Assembly: GCA_002378195.1 (NCBI GenBank)
Contig: DFRJ01000001.1
Span: forward strand, 161,722 to 225,721
Length of the DNA stretch: 64,000 nt
Direction: 5' to 3'
Source of the DNA: Patescibacteria group bacterium UBA3466
GTDB lineage: Bacteria > Patescibacteriota > Minisyncoccia > Phycocordibacterales > UBA918
Shown: in pieces, positions 18,458-26,516 of the stretch
Numbering within the stretch: position 1 is the stretch's first letter
Layout: every line of letters begins with the position of its first letter
Notes under the pieces: generated by a model
Databases searched by the model: none
The model's input: the letters and a program-made list of their open reading frames with translations, nothing else
Told to the model about the DNA's origin: nothing
Made by a program: the position numbers and the translations under genes

Positions 18458-19771
18458 ATGGAAATCCAAAGCATCAGAAAGAGGGACGGTTCAATCCAAT
18501 CGTTCGATATCAGCAAGATCACCAACGCCGTTGCTAAGGCATTGGCCGAAACCGGGGAAGGAGATCGAGCTGCTGCTGAAGCTGTCGCGGAGCTAGCCCA
18601 TCAAAAAGTTGTCGCCATGTGTGTGCAGGCAGGTACTGCCACCGACGACGACCCAGTATCACAAAAATGTATTGACGGTAATCCAACCGTGGAAGAAATT
18701 CAGGACTTAGTAGAGCAGGCCCTGATGGAGAAGGATTATTACAATACAGCCAAGGAATACATTATTTATCGTAACGCTCGACGCAAACTGCGGGAACGAG
18801 ATATTTTCGCTAAGCGAACAGCCTTCAAGCCTTACGAATACCCAGAGCTATACGAGTACACAGACGCAGTGCGCCACTCATACTGGGTGCACACCGAGTT
18901 CAACTTCACTTCAGACGTACAAGACTTTCACATCAACGTAAACGACGTAGAGCGTTCGGCTATCAAAAACTCCATGCTTGCTATCGCTCAGATTGAGGTA
19001 GCGGTGAAAACTTTCTGGGGAGACATTTACAAGAAAATGCCAAAGGCAGAGATCGGAGCGGTCGGCGCTACTTTCGCGGAATCAGAAGTGCGGCATGCCG
19101 ACGCTTACGCACACTTGCTAGAAATCCTTGGACTCAATGAAGAATTTAATAAGATCAAAGATATTCCAGTGATTCAAAAGCGAATGGCATACCTGGAAGA
19201 AGTGATTGATCTGTCGCGGACGCAAGAAAATCGTGACTACTTCAAGTCAGTAATGCTTTTCTCATTGTTTGTTGAGCACGTGTCACTATTCTCACAATTC
19301 TTGGTGATGATGTCATTTAATAAGCACCGAAATCTATTCAAGGGAATTTCAAACGCAGTTGAGGCAACTTCAAAGGAAGAAAACTTACACGGCATGTTTG
19401 GTATTGATGTGATAAATATCATCAAGGAAGAACATCCAGAATGGTTTGATGCTGAATGTAGAGAGGGAATTATTCAGGCGTGTGAGGAAGCTTACGAAGC
19501 CGAAGCTGAGATCGTAGACTGGATCTTTGAAGCTGGAGAGTTAGACTTTTTGCCATCACAAAACGTTAAAGAATTCATCAAGCATCGCTTCAACAATTCT
19601 TTGGTTGCGATTGGTTTGACTCGACACTTTGAGGTGTCCGAAGCGCTCTTGGAAGAAACTGATTGGTTCGACAACGAAGTTATTGCCACTAAGCACGTAG
19701 ACTTCTTTAACAAGCGATCGATCAACTACAACAAGCGATCTTCTTCTGTAACTTCTGACGATCTCTTCTAA
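18458..19771 (+). CDS. nrdB: Ribonucleotide reductase beta subunit with N-terminal ATP cone (NrdBi / class Id-like)
   Basis: IRKRDGSIQSFD..KI ATP cone; AQIEVAVKTFW, ESEVRHADAY, KEENLHG, DFFNKRSINY. Confidence 0.93.
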   Translation: MEIQSIRKRDGSIQSFDISKITNAVAKALAETGEGDRAAAEAVAELAHQKVVAMCVQAGTATDDDPVSQKCIDGNPTVEEIQDLVEQALMEKDYYNTAKEYIIYRNARRKLRERDIFAKRTAFKPYEYPELYEYTDAVRHSYWVHTEFNFTSDVQDFHINVNDVERSAIKNSMLAIAQIEVAVKTFWGDIYKKMPKAEIGAVGATFAESEVRHADAYAHLLEILGLNEEFNKIKDIPVIQKRMAYLEEVIDLSRTQENRDYFKSVMLFSLFVEHVSLFSQFLVMMSFNKHRNLFKGISNAVEATSKEENLHGMFGIDVINIIKEEHPEWFDAECREGIIQACEEAYEAEAEIVDWIFEAGELDFLPSQNVKEFIKHRFNNSLVAIGLTRHFEVSEALLEETDWFDNEVIATKHVDFFNKRSINYNKRSSSVTSDDLF

Positions 19772-19872
19772 ACCACCATTTGCCTCGAACTGGGAGATTT
19801 TAAAGAGAAATCGCCCAAGTATTAAATTGGTGTATAATAGCGAAAATTATAAACGCATAATCACAGTAATCT

Positions 19873-21552
19873 ATGGAACCCTGGTACTGGCTGAACGAAA
19901 ATAGTCGCGCGTTTCTGGCCCGAGGATATCTTGGCGAAGAACAAACCGCCGAAGAACGTATTCGTGTCATCGCTGACACAGCAGAAAAATATCTAAAACG
20001 AGACGGCTTCTCAGACAAGTTTTATGAGTATATGTCCAAAGGTTGGATCTCACTGTCTTCACCGGTGTGGTCAAATTTTGGCATTAGCAAGGGCCTGCCA
20101 ATTAGCTGTTTCGGTTCTTACGCTGCCGACAATATGGCCAGCATCCTACACACCAACGGGGAAGTGGGGATGATGAGCAAGTTCGGTGGTGGTTGTTCAG
20201 GCTACTTTGGTGCACTCCGAGCTCGTGGAGCGTCTATCTCAGATAACAACGGCTATTCTTCTGGGTCGGTTCACTTTATGCAGCTGTTCGAAACCTTGGT
20301 GGATGTGGTCTCGCAAGGTTCAGTGCGACGCGGGCATTTCTCACCGTATCTACCGGCCGAACATGATGATGTCATGGAATTCCTCGACATCGGGACTGAA
20401 GGGAACCCGATCCAAAAGCTCACGCACGGGGTGACTGTTGGCGATGAATGGATGGAGTCAATGATCGAAGGCGACGAAGCCAAGCGAAAGATTTGGGCAC
20501 GCATCATTCAGCGGCGGGGAGAAATGGGTTATCCGTACATCATGTTTAATGATACAGCTAACAAAAACACCGTTGACGCCTACAAAGATAAAGACCTCAC
20601 TATTTATGCCAGTAACATGTGTAGTGAGATCATGCTGCCAAGTAAAGAAGACTGGTCATTTGTTTGCTGCTTGTCTTCAGTCAACTTGCTACACTACGAT
20701 GACTGGAAGGATACCGATCTAATCGAGACAATGACCGCTTTTCTAGATGCAGTGATGGAAGATTTCATCGTGAAGTTGGAAGAAATGCGAGATCACGAAG
20801 ATTCAGAAAAACAAGCAGCATTTCGATTTATGGAGCGAGCGTACAACTTCGCTAAAGCCAATAGAGCTCTCGGCTTGGGTGTCCTTGGATACCACTCTCT
20901 ACTACAGGCAAAGAATTTGCCTTTTGAAAGCGACGAAGCAGCTGCTCTCAACACCGAAGTATTCAAATTAATGAAAGAAAAAGCTTATGCTGAGTCGGAA
21001 GTATTGGCTAAGGAGCTTGGTGAACCTGAAGTGCTAGAAGGTTATGGGCGTCGAAACACAACGCTACTGGCTATTGCTCCAACCACTTCATCAGCCTTTA
21101 TTTTGGGGCAAGTGTCTCAAGGGATTGAGCCGATTTGGTCAAACTGCTACATCAAAGATGTGGCTAAGATGAAGGTGACCATTAAGAACCCGACCCTCAA
21201 GAAGCTTTTGGAAGAGAAGGGAGAGGACACAAAAACTACGTGGGACAGCATCCGCGATAATGACGGGTCAGTACAGCACCTAGATTGTTTGTCAGACGAA
21301 GAAAAGGCTATCTTCCGGACTTTTGCTGAAATCGATCAAGCTACTCTCATTGAACAAGCTGGAGAACGACAGAAGTATATCGATCAGGGTCAGTCACTTA
21401 ATGTGATGGTGGCGCCTGATACTCCGGTAAAGGAAATCAATCAGCTATACATCAAAGCTTGGAAGGAAGGAGTGAAATCTCTCTATTACCAACACAGTAT
21501 GAACGCCGCACAGCAATTGGTAAGAAAGAAGCTGACAGAAGGAGGTAAGTAG
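19873..21552 (+). CDS. nrdA: Ribonucleotide reductase alpha subunit lacking an ATP cone
   Basis: LPISCF, SNMCSEI, VCCLSS, IAPTTSS, IDQGQSLN, KSLYY. Confidence 0.95.
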   Translation: MEPWYWLNENSRAFLARGYLGEEQTAEERIRVIADTAEKYLKRDGFSDKFYEYMSKGWISLSSPVWSNFGISKGLPISCFGSYAADNMASILHTNGEVGMMSKFGGGCSGYFGALRARGASISDNNGYSSGSVHFMQLFETLVDVVSQGSVRRGHFSPYLPAEHDDVMEFLDIGTEGNPIQKLTHGVTVGDEWMESMIEGDEAKRKIWARIIQRRGEMGYPYIMFNDTANKNTVDAYKDKDLTIYASNMCSEIMLPSKEDWSFVCCLSSVNLLHYDDWKDTDLIETMTAFLDAVMEDFIVKLEEMRDHEDSEKQAAFRFMERAYNFAKANRALGLGVLGYHSLLQAKNLPFESDEAAALNTEVFKLMKEKAYAESEVLAKELGEPEVLEGYGRRNTTLLAIAPTTSSAFILGQVSQGIEPIWSNCYIKDVAKMKVTIKNPTLKKLLEEKGEDTKTTWDSIRDNDGSVQHLDCLSDEEKAIFRTFAEIDQATLIEQAGERQKYIDQGQSLNVMVAPDTPVKEINQLYIKAWKEGVKSLYYQHSMNAAQQLVRKKLTEGGK

Positions 21553-21568
21553 ATTAATTGAAGTGGAT

Positions 21569-21605
21569 TTAGAAAGACGGCGCCCTGCGGGCGCCGTCTT
21601 TCTAA
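21569..21605. terminator. Palindromic terminator (variant of the GGCGCCC family)
   Basis: ttagaaagacggcgccc-tgc-gggcgccgtctttctaa. Confidence 0.8.
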
Positions 21606-21803
21606 CTGTGTAAATCTGCCACTTGCAGACCTAGAAGTAGGGTATAGTTAAGATACGTGAGAGCTTCAGCTCTTGCGGACATATTTTTATATGAGGTTCG
21701 CCTCTACAAACGGCGCCCTGCCAGGGACTACGTATCGCGACTACGCAGTCCCCGCTGGGCGCCGTTTGTGTTGTTGGCTCTGGTATGATATTCCATATAT
21801 TCT

Positions 21804-22748
21804 ATGAAGAGTTTATTGCTGAGCTTATTAATACTATCTTCAGTGGCCAGTACCACGTATTGGTATCAGTCCACCGCGCAAGAGTGTCCAACCCCTTTAT
21901 ATTATCGATTGGGAGAATTGGATGCGTCTTTTGACCTGTCTCCCGAAGCTGCAAAGCAATACGTGGCTGAAGCCGAAGCGTATTGGGAGAATATCACCCG
22001 TCGTGATTTGTTCGTTTATGATGATACGGCAGATTTTACCGTCAATTTTATTTTTGATGATCGGCAAGAGTTTGCCAATGAAGAAGAAAATTTGCAGGCT
22101 AAGTTAGATGACCAGCGTACAGAGAGTGAACAGATCAAGGAAGTGATTGAAGGTCTTCAAGAAGACTATGATGAGCTAGCCGCTGCCTATGAGACCAGGG
22201 TGTCTAATTATGAATCTAGACTAAGTGCATACAATGCTGAGGTAAATAAATATAACGACCGTGGGGGTGCCCCCGCTGAAGTGTTTTCCCAGCTAGAAGA
22301 TGAGCGGACGGAGCTAAATCAAATAGCAGAGTCATTGAGTAATACGGCCACCGAATTAAATGATTTTGCAGCGCGTATTAATGAACTGGGGGAGCGAGGT
22401 AATCGTATTGTTGAAGATTTCAATCATAATGTAGATCTGTATAACGATCGATTTGTGACTGAAGAAGAATTCACTCAGGGTGACTATACTGGCAGCGCGA
22501 TCAATATTTATAAATTCTCCAATGATAACGAACTGATGACCGTGCTCGGTCACGAACTGGGACATGCTCTCGGAATTGGTCACGTTGATGAGCCAGGATC
22601 AGTCATGTACTATTTATTAGGTGACACCAGTCGCCGCACCCCATTGTCAGAGTCTGATATCGAAGCGTACTACAGCGTGTGTGGTCAGACGGAAAGTTTG
22701 GAACAGCGAGCTCGAGCCTATATTAGAAGCCTCTTAAAATTATTTTAA
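21804..22748 (+). CDS. Matrixin (M10-like) zinc metalloprotease with a coiled-coil insert
   Basis: HELGHALGIGH followed by the SVM Met-turn; signal anchor. Confidence 0.88.
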   Translation: MKSLLLSLLILSSVASTTYWYQSTAQECPTPLYYRLGELDASFDLSPEAAKQYVAEAEAYWENITRRDLFVYDDTADFTVNFIFDDRQEFANEEENLQAKLDDQRTESEQIKEVIEGLQEDYDELAAAYETRVSNYESRLSAYNAEVNKYNDRGGAPAEVFSQLEDERTELNQIAESLSNTATELNDFAARINELGERGNRIVEDFNHNVDLYNDRFVTEEEFTQGDYTGSAINIYKFSNDNELMTVLGHELGHALGIGHVDEPGSVMYYLLGDTSRRTPLSESDIEAYYSVCGQTESLEQRARAYIRSLLKLF

Positions 22749-22752
22749 ATTT

Positions 22753-23547
22753 ATGGAATCAGGATTATTTAGTAACCAATTAAACAAAACTCTCGGGGCA
22801 GCCATGCTGGGCAGCGCCACTCTAGCATTATTGGCATTTGCTTTTGTGACGGTGCAGCAGAGCGACTTAGTTAATGATGCTTTTCCCACCACCATTTCTG
22901 TTAACGGAGAAGGTGAGGTATTAGCGGTACCAGATATTGGGCAATTCTCCTTTTCGGTGAATGCCGAAGGTAAAGATGCGGCGATGGCACAAGAAGAATC
23001 AGGTACAAAAATTAATGACATCATCGCATACCTTAAAGAGCAGGGTATAGATGAAAAGGATATTAAGACACAAAACTACAACCTGTATCCAAAATGGACT
23101 TATCAGCAGCCCGAAACTTGCCCTATTGGTTCGTATTGTCCAGGCGAACGAGTGCAAGACGGTTTTGAAGTCACTCAATCTGTTTCAGTTAAGGTGCGGG
23201 ACACTGATAAAGCTGGAGCTATTATCGCCGGAGTGGGTGAGCGTGGCGCGACCAACATTAGTAGCTTGAATTTCACGATCGATGATGTCGACGCTCTGCG
23301 TGAGGAAGCACGAGAGTTGGCGATCGAAGATGCTAAAGACAAGGCGAAGATATTAGCTGATCAGCTGGGAGTAGATATTGTCCGATTGTCTGGCTTTTAT
23401 GAAGGGGGAGACTTCTATGACCCGTTTTTCTACGAAGCGCGGGCTATGTCTATGGACATGGAAGAGTCGGGATTTGGAGGAGCGGACCTGCCAATGGGAG
23501 AAGAGAGTACGACAGTTTCGGTTGAACTCATCTACGAAGTTAAGTAA
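22753..23547 (+). CDS. SIMPL (DUF541) domain protein
   Basis: TISVNGEGEVLAVPD, DIKTQNYNLYP, AIEDAKDKAKILADQLG. Confidence 0.92.
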   Translation: MESGLFSNQLNKTLGAAMLGSATLALLAFAFVTVQQSDLVNDAFPTTISVNGEGEVLAVPDIGQFSFSVNAEGKDAAMAQEESGTKINDIIAYLKEQGIDEKDIKTQNYNLYPKWTYQQPETCPIGSYCPGERVQDGFEVTQSVSVKVRDTDKAGAIIAGVGERGATNISSLNFTIDDVDALREEARELAIEDAKDKAKILADQLGVDIVRLSGFYEGGDFYDPFFYEARAMSMDMEESGFGGADLPMGEESTTVSVELIYEVK

Positions 23548-23556
23548 ATTCATTCT

Positions 23557-23589
23557 AAAAAGCCGGCGCCCGAAGGGCGCCGGCTCTTT
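23557..23589. terminator. GCCGGCGCCC palindrome
   Basis: agccggcgccc-gaa-gggcgccggct. Confidence 0.8.
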
Positions 23590-23658
23590 ACTTTCTCAAA
23601 ATTAGGAGTACTATAGAGCGTAATCAAAGCCCGGAGGGCTTTTTTAATTGCAAACATC

Positions 23659-23847
23659 ATGGACAAATTTTCAAAATATATCACCGATACCATGGCCGAG
23701 CTTAAGCAAGTGTCATGGCCGTCACAACACCAGGCGCTAATGTATACCGCTTTAGTAATCGCTATTTCCGTAATCGTGGCACTTTTCTTAGGTGCTTTCG
23801 ACTTCGTGTTTGGTGAATTTATCAAGTCAATCGTAAATAGCTACTAA
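23659..23847 (+). CDS. secE: Preprotein translocase SecE
   Basis: ELKQVSWPS plus one TM helix, directly upstream of nusG. Confidence 0.93.
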   Translation: MDKFSKYITDTMAELKQVSWPSQHQALMYTALVIAISVIVALFLGAFDFVFGEFIKSIVNSY

Positions 23848-23849
23848 TT

Positions 23850-24395
23850 ATGGCTAAGCAACAAGGAACTGGTGAACGACACTGGTACGCAATTCATACC
23901 TATTCTGGATATGAGAATGCCGTGACACGTAACCTAAAGCAACGAATCGACTCGCTCAACATGAACGACAAAATTTTTGACGTGGTTGTTCCAACTGAAA
24001 AGAAGATTCGAGTGAAGGGAGGTAAGCGAGTAACGGAAGAAGAGAGAATCTATCCAGGGTACGTTTTGGTGGACATGATTGTAGACGATGAGTCTTGGTT
24101 TGTGGTGCGAAATACTCCACGAGTAACTGGTTTTGTCGGTAGCGGTACTCAGCCAGTACCTCTGTCTGAGGCAGAATACAATTCACTGATGAAGCAAATG
24201 TCTTCAGAAACTGTGAAGCACAAAGTTGATTTCAGTACTGGTGACATGGTCATCATTGCCGACGGTCCATTTAAAGATCTGGAAGGAAAGATCGGGGAAG
24301 TGGATGAGGCTAGTGGAAAGATCAAGGTGATGGTGAGTATGTTTGGTCGAGAGACTCCAGTAGAACTCGATTTCCTACAAGTTAAGAAGATTTAA
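23850..24395 (+). CDS. nusG: Transcription termination/antitermination factor NusG
   Basis: WYAIHTYSGYE, PGYVLV, VRNTPRVTGFVG, MFGRETPVEL. Confidence 0.97.
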   Translation: MAKQQGTGERHWYAIHTYSGYENAVTRNLKQRIDSLNMNDKIFDVVVPTEKKIRVKGGKRVTEEERIYPGYVLVDMIVDDESWFVVRNTPRVTGFVGSGTQPVPLSEAEYNSLMKQMSSETVKHKVDFSTGDMVIIADGPFKDLEGKIGEVDEASGKIKVMVSMFGRETPVELDFLQVKKI

Positions 24396-24524
24396 GGAGC
24401 GGGAGCGACTATAAATTTCTTATGCAGGCGCTTGGCCACGATTCAGGACCAGACCTAGTCCTGAATCTGGCCGCAGCGAGCTGCTAAAAAGGTCTAAATT
24501 GGCGAATAACTTTGTCGCTACGAT

Positions 24525-24555
24525 AAAAAGCCGGCGCCCTTCGGGCGCCGGCTTT
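24525..24555. terminator. GCCGGCGCCC palindrome
   Basis: aaagccggcgccc-ttc-gggcgccggcttt. Confidence 0.8.
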
Positions 24556-24564
24556 GCTATTATT

Positions 24565-24882
24565 ATGAATATGAAAAATTCAGACAAAGTGACAAAGAAA
24601 ATAACCGCGGCCGTAACCGAAACAGTTGTAGAGGTAGATAAGGTGGTCGACCAGGCAGAAGCAGATCTTGATAAGGCAATTGATCCGGTGCGAAAAAAGG
24701 CGATCAAAAGATTTCCTACACTTTTTCTCTTGGTGGTCACTTTTGGAGCCACTGCAGTGATTACCGGCTTTGAGCAACTTTTGTTTAAGTACGATGTTTT
24801 ATTAGAACGCCCTTGGATAATACTTGCCATCGGGATCATCACTTTAGTCCTAACTGGAAAACTGTACAAAAAGCTCGATTAA
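24565..24882 (+). CDS. Small two-TM membrane protein
   Basis: RFPTLFLLVVTFG...LVLTGKLYKKL; start placed at the ATG after the palindrome. Confidence 0.7.
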   Translation: MNMKNSDKVTKKITAAVTETVVEVDKVVDQAEADLDKAIDPVRKKAIKRFPTLFLLVVTFGATAVITGFEQLLFKYDVLLERPWIILAIGIITLVLTGKLYKKLD

Positions 24883-24993
24883 CCAGGTATTAGCGCTTGC
24901 CTTTTAGTTATATTTCTTGTACATTATCGAGGCTTCTAACGGTGCTGGTGGCTATGGAACGCCCCACCTAAACAGTTTTTAACTTAAATTAAG

Positions 24994-25419
24994 ATGGCAA
25001 AAGAATTAATCAATCAAGTAAAAGTACAAGCGATCGGTGGTAAAGCTACGCCAGCTCCACCACTTGGTCCGGTACTAGGACAAGCTGGAATCAACATCGG
25101 TGAATTCGTAAACCAATTCAACGAACAAACCCGTGAACGAATGGGGGAGGTGGTACCAGTGGTGATCAATGTTTACGATGACCGAAGTTTCGACTTTATC
25201 GTAAAGGTGTCACCAATGTCACGCTTGATTCTAAAAAAGATCAACAAGCCTAAAGGATCAGGTAAGAATCTTGTATCAAAAGCTGGAACTATCACTAAGG
25301 CTCAGGTACGAGAAGTAGCAGAAGAAAAGATGCCAGATCTGAACGCAGCTTCAATCGAAGCAGCGATGAAGATCGTAGAAGGATCTTGCTACTCAATGGG
25401 TATTGAGGTAACTGATTAG
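24994..25419 (+). CDS. rplK: 50S ribosomal protein L11
   Basis: GKATPAPPLGPVLGQAG...KMPDLNA. Confidence 0.98.
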   Translation: MAKELINQVKVQAIGGKATPAPPLGPVLGQAGINIGEFVNQFNEQTRERMGEVVPVVINVYDDRSFDFIVKVSPMSRLILKKINKPKGSGKNLVSKAGTITKAQVREVAEEKMPDLNAASIEAAMKIVEGSCYSMGIEVTD

Positions 25420-25434
25420 GTACCAATATTGATG

Positions 25435-25467
25435 AAAAAGCCGGCGCCCTTCGGGCGCCGGCTTTTT
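25435..25467. terminator. GCCGGCGCCC palindrome terminating rplK
   Basis: aaaaagccggcgccc-ttc-gggcgccggcttttt. Confidence 0.85.
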
Positions 25468-25575
25468 GTATGCAAGATTAATATTTTTACCTTCCTCAAG
25501 ACTCACTCCAGCAGCTGCGGAGGTTAGGTCTGTATAAACCCAATCAGCCCATATCCTTCGTTGTAGAATATAAAT

Positions 25576-25923
25576 ATGGAAAACAACAAAATTTACAACA
25601 ATAAAAAAGTATTAGTTATCTCTTGCATCCCAGCATTAGCAATGTCTAGTGTGTTGTACAAATTTTTTGTGTTCCCTTTTGTATGGGGATTGTCTTATAG
25701 TGTTTATTGGGTGTCTGAGCTATATATGTTTTTGCTCTTACCGCTATTGCCAATATTTTTTGTATTTTTAATAGCTAAATCAAAATGGTTTAGAGTCTTT
25801 TCTAATAATGATCATTCAGGTCATAAAGTGATCTCATTAGTAACTCTGCCGACCGTCAGTAGTATCCTGTCTTTCTTAGTAATGATGTTGGGAGTTTATA
25901 TAATTGATGTGGTTTTTTCCTAA
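25576..25923 (+). CDS. Small AT-rich multi-TM protein (MENNK cassette 1)
   Basis: Three hydrophobic segments; upstream region similar to that of 26148. Confidence 0.65.
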   Translation: MENNKIYNNKKVLVISCIPALAMSSVLYKFFVFPFVWGLSYSVYWVSELYMFLLLPLLPIFFVFLIAKSKWFRVFSNNDHSGHKVISLVTLPTVSSILSFLVMMLGVYIIDVVFS

Positions 25924-25949
25924 CCACCGCTGTATTCTGAACGCTCTTC

Positions 25950-26115
25950 TTATAAGCTCATTTTAATTTCTGCAATTAGGTCACGGCTGGTTTTGTATCC
26001 TCTGGGGAGATTTGATCTCTACGCTCCAGTCTTTTTATTATTGTCTTTAATGACCGCTTTTAGTTCAGCGAATAATTCTTCTGTAGTCGGCGGTTCCGCT
26101 ACTGTATAAACTCAA
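25950..26115 (-). pseudogene. Internally deleted remnant of the 3' end of the 26476-28584 gene
   Basis: ataagctcattttaatttctgcaatta.gtcacggctggttt...ctctggggagatttgatctctacg repeats about 26502-26574; gcttttagt.cagc.aa.aattcttc.gt.gtcgg.ggttc repeats about 26732-26773. Confidence 0.8.
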
Positions 26116-26147
26116 TCAGGCAGCATCATTTGTTTTAGAATAGAAAC

Positions 26148-26516
26148 ATGGAAAATAACAAACTATCAATTATTTACACTAGAAAATTTTGGCTGAGTCT
26201 AATCGTAATTCAAGCATTAACAAATTTAATATTATTGAACATCTTGTATAACACCTCAGATACAGTTTTTGAATACTTATATGCAACTTTGCTGATTTTG
26301 GGGGCTGCTACACCGGCACTAGTTATTTATCCAATATTAGGTGATGGGATAGTTATAGATCTTATAAATTCTCTGGTTTTCGTAGTATTTGCTTTCTACG
26401 TATTTCGAAATGTCGTGAGACCGCGAGGAAAGATTAAAATTCTAATACCGCTTTCATTCGTTACTGTTTCACTAATCAGTTTAATTTTTGGTGCTGTGGT
26501 GATAAGCTCATTTTAA
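26148..26516 (+). CDS. Small AT-rich multi-TM protein (MENNK cassette 2)
   Basis: Four hydrophobic segments; overlaps the 3' end of the convergent gene. Confidence 0.65.
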   Translation: MENNKLSIIYTRKFWLSLIVIQALTNLILLNILYNTSDTVFEYLYATLLILGAATPALVIYPILGDGIVIDLINSLVFVVFAFYVFRNVVRPRGKIKILIPLSFVTVSLISLIFGAVVISSF

